A stretch of DNA of 64,000 nt from Lama guanicoe (lineage: Eukaryota): assembly GCA_013239625.1 (NCBI GenBank), contig MU053629.1, positions 282,676-346,675 on the forward strand, given 5' to 3'. The translations under genes were made by a program, and so were the position numbers. The notes under the pieces were generated by a model. That model saw nothing but the letters and a program-made list of their open reading frames with translations, did not search any database and was not told the DNA's origin. Positions 1 to 11,399 of this stretch are shown piece by piece. Numbering within the stretch: position 1 is the first letter of the stretch; each line of letters starts with the position of its first letter.

Positions 1-452
1 GTAAACAGGGAAACAGCTTCGCCCTGGTGCCCTGGCAACCCCACAGGCAAAAGCTTGAACAACAGCTTATCCGAGTCTTGACATAATGCCTTAGGGTACT
101 CCCAGAACAGGAGAGGATGGGAGGCTTGTGAGAAGTTCAAGGCAATCTCTCCTGGAAGACCCCACTTCATCAGAATAGGGTTGCAGAATATAAAACCTCA
201 GCTATAGTCTAGAATTGGCTCCTTAGCAGTGGAGTTTCCCATATTTTACATCACAATCATCCAGCCCCTCTGGTCTCTGTATCATGCTTTGTGGCAAGAA
301 CCACGGGGCAAGGACCACGGGGAGCTGGCATCTTTGGTTTATTCTTCCACTCACTACCTACATAAGTAATTGTCTAAACTGAAAAGTGGCTCATTGTATC
401 CTTACAAGTTGAATCATGCAGGCCTTGGCTTTGTCTGGTGTGTGAACCTGAC
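1..452 (+). mobile_element. ERV-type LTR, 5' part outside window
   Basis: TATA-like tataaaa near 189, U5-like end terminating in ...acctgaca at 452; family not assigned. Confidence 0.55.
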
Positions 453-454
453 AA

Positions 455-1545
455 TAAGTACATAATAAAAGCTCAACTTCTTTGGTTATCAGGGAAATGC
501 AAATAGAAGCCACAGTGAGACGACACCACTACACACCTATTAGAAAGGCTAGAATCAGAAAGACTGACCATACCTAGTATTGGAGAGGATGAGCAACTAA
601 AACGCCCAGAACTTCAGAGGGTATACAAAATAGTAAAACTATTTGGGAACAATATTTTGGCAATTTCTTAAAAAGTTAAACATACACCAACCATATGACC
701 CAGCCAGTCTGCTCTCAGCTCTCAGCTGTTGACCCAAAAGCAATGAAAGCATATGTCCACACAAAGACTTCTATAGCAGCTTTATTTGTAATAGCTAAAA
801 ACTGGAAATAACCCAAATGTCCATCAACAAGTAAATGGAAAAAACAAAGTGCAGTACATTCAAATAAAGGAATATTACCCAGCAATAAAAAAGGATCAAA
901 CTATTGATAACAGAATGAAATCATTAAACCATACCAAAGATAGTACATGTTACATAAGTTCATTTATATAAAATTCTAGAAAATGCAAACTAATCTACAG
1001 TGACAAAAAACAGATTGGTGGTTACTTGGGGATGGGAGGTGAAGGAGGGAAGTTTGGATTACAAAGCATCATGAGGAAACTTAGAGTGATACCTTCATTA
1101 TCTTTTTTTAACATTTTTTATTGATTTATAATCATTTTACAATGTTGTGTCAAATTCCAGTGTTCAGCACAATTTTTCATTCATTCATGGACATATACAC
1201 ACTCATTGTCACATTTTTTTTTCTCTGTGAGTTATCATAACATTTTGTGTATATTTCCCTGTGCTATACAGTGTAATCTTGTTTATCTATTCTACAATTT
1301 TGAAATCCCAGTCTATCCCTTCCCAACCTCCACCCCCCTGGTAACCACAAGTCTGTATTCTCTGTCTGTGAGTCTATTTCTGTCCTGTATTTATGCTTTG
1401 TTTTTGTTTGTTTGTTTTTGGATACCTTCATTATCTTTATTGGAGGGATAGCTTCATGGATGCATACATATGTCAAAACTCATCAAATTGTACACTTAAA
1501 ATGTGCAGTTTATTGTATGTCAACTATAAATTAAGCCATACAAAA
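455..1545 (+). mobile_element. Old L1 (L1MB/ME-like) ORF2 end and 3'UTR, interrupted by a young L1 fragment
   Basis: Hallmarks atcagggaaatgcaaat, ccatatgacccagc, cccaaatgtccatcaaca, aactcatcaaattgtacacttaaa. Confidence 0.85.
1106..1420 (-). mobile_element. Young lineage-specific L1 3' fragment (~315 bp)
   Basis: Perfect 18-bp TSD gataccttcattatcttt (1088-1105, 1421-1438); similar to copies at 19292 and 26966. Confidence 0.92.
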
Positions 1546-1559
1546 ATGCAACCTCATCT

Positions 1560-1750
1560 AATTTAAGTCACTCTGGCTTCTGTGAGAAAGGCCCGGGGGT
1601 TGGGGGAGGCAGGTAAGAGCAGAAGCTGGGTGGGGGTCGTTAGGAGGCTGGTGCAGTCATCTGGGTGACAGATGCTGATGGCTGTGGTGATAGTGGAAAT
1701 GGAGGGGAGTAGACAGATTTAAGACATATTTTGAGACTTAGAAAGACTTG
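1560..1750 (-). mobile_element. L2 fragment
   Basis: ttaggaggctggtgcagtcatc...gtggaaatggaggggagtagacagatttaagacatatttt resembles antisense L2. Confidence 0.6.
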
Positions 1751-2059
1751 CTATTTTCTCTCTTGAGACACATACCTTCTAAGCTAGCTATGAGGAACCC
1801 TGAGCCACATATATGGGTTTCAGCTGACAACTCCTGCTTCATGGAGGTGACATGATAGGAGAGAAACCCAGGGCACTCAAGGTGGTGGACCTAATAACAC
1901 TCTACCCCCATAAAATTTGGACCCCAAAAGCGAATGGAAGGTCCACAGAAGCACTACCACTTCCCAACAGACGGCAAAGCAAACTGCCTCCCTTAAACTG
2001 CCTCTTCTGAAGGGGAAGGAGAACATCCCTTGAGGATTCATAACCACAAGCATTCCTCA

Positions 2060-2870
2060 TGAGGTTTGAAGCCCCCACACCACGCTCCCTCCCTCCCTCT
2101 CCCTCCCTCCGGCCAGGAGCCTGGGACCTGGGCTGTGAGTAAAGCCCTAAACAGGGTCTCCAGCGACCAGCAGCCTCCTCTCCCCATGGCCGAGGTCTCC
2201 CAGGGCAGTCTAGCCCCCCTCCCCCCGGCCTGTGCCCTGCCCCGCTGCAAACCTGGGGCCCCCGCGAGGCTGAGGGCTCTGGCCTTGGCGGGGGAAGTTG
2301 GACTGTGGCTGGGCCGCCCCCTGGAGAGAACCCCTCCTCCTGCCTTTGTCCAAGGCCAGGCGCGTGGGGCCAGGCGCTGGGGGGTGAGCGCGGCCACTGT
2401 GAGAAGCGTGTAATTTCCACCCGCCCCCGCCCCTCCCCAGGCGCCTGGCTCTCCAGCTGTTTTCTTCCTCTGGGCTGCGGAACCTTCTGCAGATCCTCTC
2501 CCAGGACGAGGAAAGCAGATGTCGCTCTCCCCAGCAGGCCCCCGAACACCCTCCCCTCCCCCCACAGGGCACCTGGCTCTCTCCCTGCTTAATTCTCCAG
2601 TGGCCGCTGCCCTTCACTGCAGCTCGGGGGTCGGGGTCGGGAGCAGGGTGACCTGGCCCCCAGCTGCCCTCTCTGGGCTCAGGGCCTGTGTCTGGGGAGG
2701 GGAGGCTGGGTTCCCCTGGGGAGGGCCCGGCTGCCCAGCCGAGGGGTCACCAGGCGGGCTTGCTGGGGCCTGGCCTGTGTCTGAGGAGGCTGGGGGCTCA
2801 GAGGCCTCTGTGTGCGGGCAGGGCTGGCTTGCAAAGTCACAGGGCACACGTGCAGGGCCCCTCGCCAGCA
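2060..2870. promoter_or_regulatory. GC/CpG-rich island-like element 1 (candidate promoter/enhancer)
   Basis: High GC, locally elevated CpG, GC boxes (ccgccc near 2315 and 2421), G4-type run 2626-2648, possible donor GGG|gtgagc near 2384. Confidence 0.55.
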
Positions 2871-3964
2871 TTTTCAAAGTGCTTTCTCTCCACCTGGACA
2901 GTGGATTTCAGGCATCTCCGTCATATTTTCAGGAAAATGGGGGTGGGGTCCCTTGGGCTCAGAGAAATGAAGCCACTTGACCAGGGTCAGAGGGCAAGTG
3001 GGAGGGGTGGGACTGGAGTCTCAGAGGGGACAGGACTAGCGGGCGGCCCCCTCTCGGCAGTGGATCCGGGCTTCAAGTGGGGCTTCAGTGGGACCACGAG
3101 GGCTCAGGCTTGCCCGGGAGCTCATCTCCTCTGTCTGGGGAGATGTTTCTGCCACCTTTTTCTCCACAGTGCTGGGCTGGGCCTCCTTTAAGCCCCCAGA
3201 ACAAGGTGGGTCACCTCCAATCACCCAGCCCGGTTCCTCTCATTGGAAAGGCGTGCCCTTTGGTGAAGGGGAGGATGCATTTTTGAGGTGAAATATTGTA
3301 TACAGCCAGGAACAGAAAACATTAAAAGACCATGGATGTCAGCAAGGTTCGCACCAGGGCCAGAAAGTTCAGGAAAAAAGACAAAGCTTCCTTGCAATGA
3401 AGGATCAGCCAGGCGGTCCACACCCTGTGTCCCAGGCTTCCTCCATCTTCAGGGTTAGAACAAGCCTTGTCTGGGCCTGGGGAAGGTCCCAGGGTGGTGA
3501 CCTCAAGAAAGAGTTGCCAGATATGCAGAAAATATGCATATCCTGTATATGCAGAATATGCCCCATATGTATATGCAGCATATGCATATATGCATAATAT
3601 GTCCCATATAATTTTGCCCTGCATCTTATATTGACCTTGTCAGAATGCCCTAAATGTCTCGTATTCAGCTTTTTTTCCAATAAATTGCAAGAGTTTGGCA
3701 ATTAGAGCTTTTTTTCTGCCACGGTTACTGGTGCTTGCATCACTTAAATGGCAGCACTGGTTAAAAATCACACACATCCTTCCTAAATAAAGATCTGGAC
3801 CACTCTTTATGTTCTCTCCTGCAGACTTAGCTGTGGGAGCATCAAAAGAGGGGACTGGCAAGTGTAAGCACTTACTTTTATATTCAAGAAAGGGAGAAGC
3901 TATTCTTTAACCAAAATCCCAAGTCAAGAACATAACCACTGTTAATTAGAAGTGACTTGGGTCT

Positions 3965-4430
3965 ATACACAAGGAAAGTCTGAGAAACCGTCACATTCAG
4001 TAAGGGTCTGAGCAGACATGATGACTATAATGTGCTGTCCTGGATGGGATCGTGGAACAGAAAAAGGACTGGGTAAAAATTAAGGGAATTTGAATAAACT
4101 ATGGCCTTTAGTTAATAACAACATATCAATATTGGTTTGCTGACTGTGACAAATACACCATATGAATGTAAGATGCTAATAATAGAGGAAAATGGTTATA
4201 TGGGGACTCTACTATCTTCATAATTTTTTTGTAAATCTAAAGCTATTCTAGGGGGAAGGGTTTAGCTCAATGGTAGAGTACATGCTTAGCCTGCACGAGG
4301 TCCTGGGTTCAATCCCCAGCACCTCTGTTAAAAAAAATTAAATTAAATAAATACATAAATAAACCTAATTACCTACCCCCCCAAATAAATAAGTAAAACT
4401 ATTCTAAAATTTTAAATGTATTTTCAAAAA
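3965..4430 (+). mobile_element. L1MC-like 3' end, interrupted by a SINE
   Basis: tcctggatgggatcgtggaacagaaaaaggac...tgtgacaaatacacca...tgtaaatctaaa..tattcta. Confidence 0.8.
4251..4394 (+). mobile_element. tRNA-derived SINE (vic-1-like, long form)
   Basis: Box A tagctcaatgg, box B ggttcaatcc, AT-rich tail with aaacctaattacc; TSD aaagctattcta/aaaactattcta (4239-4250, 4395-4406). Confidence 0.92.
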
Positions 4431-4710
4431 ATCCCTTGGGCACAGAGACACTAATGGCTTTCCCTGGGCAAGAAATTGCATACATTTACCAGGGGAGGAG
4501 CGGATTCCGTGTCAGGAAGAGAGCATAGGGAAGCCGGCACAGTGATTCTTCCAGACTCCACTGGGGTCTTTTCCCCTTATGACCTGGCCATGTATTCCTA
4601 GCATGACTCTATGACAAGTCTTAGTGATGAACACAACTAAACGCTGAGGCCCATGAGTTCTTCTAGCAAACTTCTGAGTGTGGGGGAGGTCTTGCAGACC
4701 CCTGACTCAG
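4431..4710 (+). mobile_element. LTR 3' part, MER21/MER77-like
   Basis: ggctttccctggg...ccagactcc...cttttcccctt...gtgggggaggtcttgcagacccctgactca; 5' part probably ~3880-3965. Confidence 0.65.
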
Positions 4711-4711
4711 T

Positions 4712-5535
4712 TACCATTCAGGATTCTGCAATTCTCTATCGTTCAAACCCTGTTGGCTCCCTTTAACAAATGCAGTTGTGAGAATGCCAGTTTATTTGAA
4801 GCATTGAAGGAATGGTTAAATGCTGAAGAAAAGGCTCCAGTAATCCACTGAGTGAAGACCACTTATTTCTTGTTCATAATTTTCAGTATCTCGTTAGCAA
4901 TAGGATTATGTATGTTGAAAGAAGAGAAAATAGCTTTCTTATAGAACGCCATTATTTATAGGAATGTGTTGAAGGCATTGAAGAAAGCATTGGCAGAAAA
5001 ATTTTTTGTCCTTTTCAGTGTTAAGGATGTTCTCAAAGGAAGATTATTTATAAACAGGTAAAGAAATTCCTACTTGACGTGGATAATTATTATGGCACTT
5101 ACCATGACTATCTTCTGAAATGGTTTCATCCCTAAAGAATTCCATTCTTTTACATGGAGTTACTAAATATTCTTCCAGCATGGGAGCAAGTAGAATTTTC
5201 ATGTGCAGTGTTGAAAAAGGGAATAGAGGTTGTTGACAATGCTCTTTTTTTCCCCAGTGGACATTTTAAAAAATCGTTGATCAAGAGATGCAGTGCAATC
5301 CTGAAGAATAGAAAATCAAATTAGACCTTGAAAGATGATATTATGTGTTTCTTCATATTTGAAGAGCAGGTCTCAGAGTTGTTAAATTTATATGCCAGTA
5401 TGTGCTCAGTAAACTGGCTCATAACACTAATGTTGAGTGTATTGGTTCATTAATAAATGTTCAATAGACAAAAGAATGCAATGAGTTCGATGTGGTCACT
5501 GTAGAAGCTATGCTAGAATGCAATGGAATTTAGAT
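4712..5535 (+). mobile_element. Degenerate hAT-superfamily transposase remnant
   Basis: Frameshifted translation CWLPLTNAVVRMP/LFEALKEWLNAEEKAPVI (TRWLS-type motif) near 4750-4850, and CQYVLSKLAHNTNVECIGSLINVQ*TKECNEFDVVTVEAMLEC (hATC dimerisation-type) at 5393-5521. Confidence 0.8.
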
Positions 5536-5539
5536 TGTT

Positions 5540-5858
5540 ACTGTAAGGAAATTTGCAAGGAATGGTCCAGTACCCCTAGGAAGTTACCACTCAAAGCTTG
5601 AAAGAGCAAGGCACAGGAACAGATCTTAGAATCCTGAGAAAGTATAGGGATGGATGCAGCCAATTCACAGCAATCTGGTCAGGAAGTACTCATACCCTAC
5701 CTCACTCTCCTCCTTCCCTTGAGTCTCCTGCCAGTGCTTCCCGCTAGAATCTGGAGGTCAAGGAGGCATTTGGGGGCAGTCTGTACAAGTTAACCTTCTG
5801 GTGCCCAGAATAGGATCAAGAATGGATCTGCAGAGACAAATCGAAGATACCCAGCACA
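5540..5858 (-). mobile_element. ERVL LTR (LTR33-like)
   Basis: Terminal gaatggatctgcagagacaaatcgaagatacccagcaca and tctcctgccagtgcttccc. Confidence 0.65.
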
Positions 5859-6139
5859 GTCATAAAGAGGATGAGATGAGATTCAGGTTAGAGAGGACCT
5901 ACGTAGGAAAGAGGCTGTGTTCATTCCCAGCCTGGTGGAAAATGTTATCTCAGTGTGACAGCTGTGCAGCAGGCCCACAGAGCCCCCCGTCTGGACTGGA
6001 GAAGGAAAACAGAGGTCTCTGGGTGGAAGGTCTTCAGGTTGGGTGTGAGTGAGAAGGAAAAAAAGAAATGGATAAGTTATCCGACCGGACTGAGCACATG
6101 GAAAAGTGAGAGGTTGTTGGGAGGTATTGGAAAATTAAC

Positions 6140-6258
6140 ATATATATATATATATATANNNNNNNNNNNNNNNNNNNNNNNNNNNNNNNNNNNNNNNNNN
6201 NNNNNNNNNNNNNNNNNNNNNNNNNNNNNNNNNNTATATATATATATACACACACACA
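6140..6258. repeat. (TA)n/(CA)n microsatellite spanning a 76-N assembly gap (6159-6234)
   Basis: Directly visible. Confidence 0.97.
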
Positions 6259-8794
6259 TTTTTTAACTAATAGTTGGGAGAAAGGGCACTCAATAATTCC
6301 AGAAACAGAAAGCTAGTGCAATAAAGGAAACAATTATAACCAGAACTCTAATCTCATATTTCTGTTATACAGGGCTCTACGGTGCTCATAGATTATTTAC
6401 AGACATGGTTCAACAACTCTATAAAGCAGGCAGAGTGGATTTTATCTCCATTTTACAGAGGAGGGACATAACCTCAGAAAGCTTATATGCAGCCATTATG
6501 CACTAGTGCAGTCATATCAGTTGATTTAATACTGAAATAACTGTAAACCAAGAGGTAAGTAGCTATTGCCCCAAGACTCCTAAGTGCTCCTCTGGCTCCA
6601 GGTGTCCTAGACCCTCCCCTAGGACCTCCTGGACTACAATCCACCGGGTAAAGATGAATGTTCAGCATGCAGGAAGTGTGAGGACCATCCGCTGTTGGGC
6701 CAGAGCCTGCCTCAGCTCAGCTGGGACATTTCTGAATGTCATCCCTGGTTATATGGCTGACCCGGGTCACATGACTAGATGACAGACATGGGAAGGAAAC
6801 TTAGATTTCGGTAAAAGATACAAAACTCTCAATTTAAAGGGGCAGAAATAGAGAATAAAACCTGCCTTAATCAGTGTTTAGCCTCCTTTAGTCTCTGTTT
6901 CACAACATTCTAACATGTGTGTATAAAGCGTCTGATGATAATCCATATTCTTTTAAACAAATCTTGACTGAAATATTCATACAGCCTCCCCTGTAGTTAA
7001 AAGCATAGTTCAAGAGTTAGAGCTGGGCTGTCCCTTTCACCTCATCTGAGTTAAAGGCTTTGAAATTCCAATTTTTATTAAGTCTCTTGGGAAAACATGT
7101 ACATGTTTAAGGAATTACCCTGGAAGTCAAGATGTCAGGAGCTACCAGGTCTGCTCACAGGCATTTCTGATGCTCATAGGCAGGTATGAGTGATAGATCA
7201 TATGCACCCACAAGAAGAAAACATCATCAAACGAGACCTGAAAGAACACCTATGTCTGAACTACGGGTGAAGACCACATGACCACTTCCCTCTCAGGAAT
7301 GCCTCTGGCTTATCACAGTGTCTGGATTATTATGATGATGGAAGGGGAACCTCACTAGGATGAGATTGTAAGATGTATTCAGTCGGAAATATGTAAGGGT
7401 TCCCATTTCTCTATATCCTCAGCAACATTCGTTGTTATCTACCTTTTTCATTACTGGCTGAAAGTCTTTAAGGTACAGACAAAATCCCAGATTCCCTCTG
7501 CTAATCCGGCAGAAGACTAAAGGACTAAGATGCGCTCTCTGGAAAATCTAAGCCAGAGAGACTGTGTACAGGGCCATCTTTCAATCTACTGTTACAGTTT
7601 CTGGGAAATACAGGAGGATAGCAAAGCAGATTTTAAAACATCAACAGGATACAATCAGATGAATCTAGAATGTGAAACATCTCATAATCTGTAAAACAAC
7701 TGTCACAGTTTCTTCAAGAAGTCAGTGCTGTGCCATTTTTTTTTTAAAGGAGGCAGACTCTCTCCTTGATTAAAAGAGACTAAGGAGACAAAACAACCAA
7801 ACACAATGCATGAGATTTCACTGGATCCTAATTTGATGGGAAATGTCTTTAAAAGACATTTTGGGAGCACATATAGAAAGATAAAGCAAATATAGCAAAA
7901 TACTAGCAACTGTTGGGTCTTGGTATTACAGAAATGCACATTCATTGTACTATTCTTATACATTCAAGAAGTGTTACTAATAAAATTGGAATGAAAAATG
8001 CAATTTGGAAAAAGACTAAACATTTCTATATCAAATATCATACCCTGCTGGGCAGAAATATCAAGAAAATTATCTTTGGTCAACTTATATAGCAGCCTAC
8101 ACTTCTGTCACTGACATTTCCTAATTCCTCTTCTAGTTATTAATGCCTTCTTGTTGGTAACATCCTTCTTGGAACCCTGGGGATAAACAGTGTCACAACC
8201 ACTGATCCTCCTTTCCTCTCTCATTGTTTGAGAACTTGTAGACAATTTAAGATGACAAATGGTGACTAAGCAAAGATAAGCTAGATAAGCTTCTCTATTT
8301 AAAATCCTCTCCCCAATAACCCCCTGGGAGAGGATTTTGAAGAGATCTCTTCCACATCAGAGTGCAGGGCTCTAGTTTAGAATCCATAGCTGAGAGTTTC
8401 ACATTCAGCGTATGTTCCCTGTCCTGTTGAACCTTAGGCACAGAATTCACTGCGTTTTATGTATCTGTCTACCTCATCCCTCTCCAACCTCCATGTCAAG
8501 GGAATTCATCTTCAAATCCCCTGTAGCACTCAGCATATGTGCTTTACAAAGAGTAGGTGCTAAATCTTCCGAGTGAATGAATGAGTGAATGGGTGAATGA
8601 AAACCTGAAGTTGAGAGAGGACTTAAAAAGATCAGAGTGGGTAACAGAAAAAGCTGATGTAAAGAGATTGATTTTTTTCTGAAGACATCTGAAGGTACCA
8701 TCTATGAACACAGATCTTAAATTTGGCAACCACAAGGATACTGAGAGCCCTTGGAAATCATTAACCCTTCTTGCCCACCCACAGCACAGCTTAC

Positions 8795-9203
8795 CTTATA
8801 AGCTCTTTCAGTGCAGTGAGAAATATCCCTTTCTTGGCCTTGAGGACAACGATTATTTTTCCCCGTTCATTAAAAGTGCATACGCCTGCAAAAAGCAATT
8901 CTTCGGAAACGGTGCAGTCAGGCTAGGAGCACTACTGAATTGCTCCTGCTGCTGCTAATTAGAATGAATTCATCAGCACTGAGGGCCAAGCTGGAGATTA
9001 GGACACTAAAGAGCTCAGTGCCAACAGCTCTGGCTTCCTGCTTCAACATCTTTTTGTTCTCAAAGACCTAAAAGGAAAAGAAAGGATGCTTAATTGAACG
9101 CAGTGGTTTTGCAGGAAAAGTCTCTCCCCAAATTTCAGGTGCTTCGCTCACCACTCACCTGGAAGAAAGGTGTCCAGTTTCCTGAACTCCACGGAAACGT
9201 ATC
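8795..9203 (-). ncRNA. Two candidate spliced exons (9203-9159 and 9067-8795) of an unidentified, probably non-coding transcript
   Basis: Acceptor ccatgtttccattttgag|, donor CAG|gtgagt, 91-nt intron ending ctttcttttccttttag|, donor AAG|gtaagc; no frame stays open through both exons. Confidence 0.3.
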
Positions 9204-9759
9204 CTCAAAATGGAAACATGGAAGGGACAGCCAAAAAACCCCACTTCTTACAACATTCTTTTGAAAACTCCACCATCTGGGTCAGACGACAACAGTTCTA
9301 ACTTAACCCGTGTACACAGGTAACACCCCAGCCTTCCCTACACCTGGCTACCCTGTCTGGCACAAGACTCAAGCCCTCCTCTTTAAAGGCCCTGCGAGCC
9401 AGACGTTAGGAAAGAGCCCACAGCCTTCTTTTGTAAGACAAGCAGAGCCACCTTGTGGTCGATTTAGAAAATTGTGTTTGAGGCTGCCGTCTTGCAGAAG
9501 CAGCATTAAATGGGGATGCCCTGGAGGAAGGAGATAGAAACAAACAAACAAATAAAAACAGGAAAGCAGGCTTCATTATTAAGGAAATTTGGAAGAAGAG
9601 ATATTTATTGTGTTTCTTTAAAAAAGTACAGTTACATTGGCAATTAAGTTTAGGAAATGCTGAGTTAAAGTTAAAAGAAATTTATACTCCCACCCCCTAA
9701 TATGTCCTGATTGTGAATCGGTCAGAGGAGTATATCATGCAGTATTTAAAGTTGCTCAA

Positions 9760-10063
9760 AATCAGACTCACAGACATAGAAGACAAACTTATGGCTACCC
9801 AGGGGTGGGGTGGGGAGGGATAAATTGGAAGTTCGAAATTTGCAGATACTGACTGGTATATACAAAACAGATAAACAAGTTTATAGTGTATAGCACAGGG
9901 AACTATATTCAATATCTTGTAATAGCTTACAGTGAAAGGGAATGTGAAAATGAATATATGTATGTTCATGTATGACTGAAGCATTGTACTGCACACGAGA
10001 AATTGACCCAGCATTGAAAACTGACTATACTTCAATAAAATAAATAAATAAAAACTTTTTTAA
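9760..10063 (+). mobile_element. Lineage-specific L1 3' fragment (~304 bp)
   Basis: TSD aaagttgctcaa (9748-9759, 10064-10075); A-rich tail. Confidence 0.92.
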
Positions 10064-10379
10064 AAAGTTGCTCAATCATTTTTATATGAAATTTCTCAAG
10101 GATTGGCATTTTGTGACCTAAATTTGATAAACAGTTTAGAGCCACGTGGTGAATGACACAGAAACCACACCTTTCAGTATGTGGAAGAATTCTTCCAACC
10201 TTACAGAAATCTAATTATTAGAGAACAACAGTGGTTGTTAATGATAACACTAACCACTAAAGGATTAGGGTGCGGAATCTTTCAGTCGGACGCTTCCTTC
10301 GAGTACATTTGTAATAACCCAAAGCAGGGCATCCCCTTCAAACATGCCTGAAAGATGGGCACAGCCAGTGTTTGACGTG

Positions 10380-10960
10380 GCCTCAGGTCTCAGCGTCCTT
10401 GGAGCTCAGCAGTCTGAGGTAACTCATTCCCTTTCTGTTTGACTCTATAAGCAAATATTTTCTTCTACTGGGCTGAAGTTAGCCTCTGCACTTTCCACTA
10501 ATTGGTCTTAGTTCTGCTGTTTGAAGCTCCACAGAGGGCCTGATGTTTTTTCTCCATGACAGTCTCTCACAAATCTGAAGAGTTACTATTTCACCTCCAA
10601 ATCTCTTCCAAGGAAAGCTTCCCCCAGACCTCCCACCATCTGGTAACATGAGGTGGTTTTCAGACCCCTCAGGCTCACGGTCACCTTCCTAAAAATCCTT
10701 CCTTTGTATCAATCTCCTGCTTCATGAGTATGCAGTTTGGAATTGGATACAGCACTTCAGAGCTCATCTGACCAGAGCGATGGATGATCTGGATACTATA
10801 CAATACAAAAAATATTTATGTTAATGAGATCTAAAAATGTATTGGGGTTGAGTTTTTTGAGTAGTAATATCCTCAGTCAGTGAAATCTCTCAGGTCAAAA
10901 AAGACAACAAAAAATATTGTTGTTAAGCCAAGATTCTCACATCCTATACCTTGATAAATG
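10380..10960 (-). mobile_element. Ancient CR1/L3 LINE fragment
   Basis: ttggtcttagttctgc, ttccatgacagtc, aattggatacagcacttcag...tctgaccagagc resemble antisense CR1/L3. Confidence 0.55.
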
Positions 10961-11399
10961 TGCTTTTTTTTTTATAATAGAAAGATCACACTTCATTCAG
11001 TCTCAATAAATTTATTTTAGCTGATGTTAGCTCATCATTTTGCTTGTTCAGATACTCTTCCCTTCCACCCACCTGTTGGTTCATCCTTCTGTTCATTCAA
11101 TAAAGATTTATTGAACAACTTTTATGTTTTGGTCATTTGTTAAGATTTGTTGGTCATTCTGGGGATTCAGAGACATTGTCTTTGTTCCACAGGAGCTCAC
11201 TGTCTCATGGAAGGACATTGATAATCATTTTCACAGTATCACAGCCCTGTGGTTGTCATGAGAAATGATCCTCCAAAATTGGATTGACCCACAAGTCAAC
11301 ATTGTTCGGCTGGGATGGTCCTATCAGATGATAACTTTCTATAAAATTATTGGGAGAAAGTTATCAGGTGTCTTGTTGAAAATAAGATATGGCCTACAT

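Noticed and set aside
1902..3291. Stack of 100-215 aa ORFs (also 44140-45737)
   Set aside because: Gly/Pro/Arg/Ala-rich ORFs in several frames are expected from stop-codon depletion in GC-rich islands
5955..6266. ORFs crossing poly-X
   Set aside because: Artefact of the N gap and (TA)n repeat
7193..7270. IDHMHPQEENIIKRDLKEHLCL resembles the kinase IIHRDLK loop
   Set aside because: Flanked by stops, no catalytic Asn or DFG, no other subdomains; likely chance
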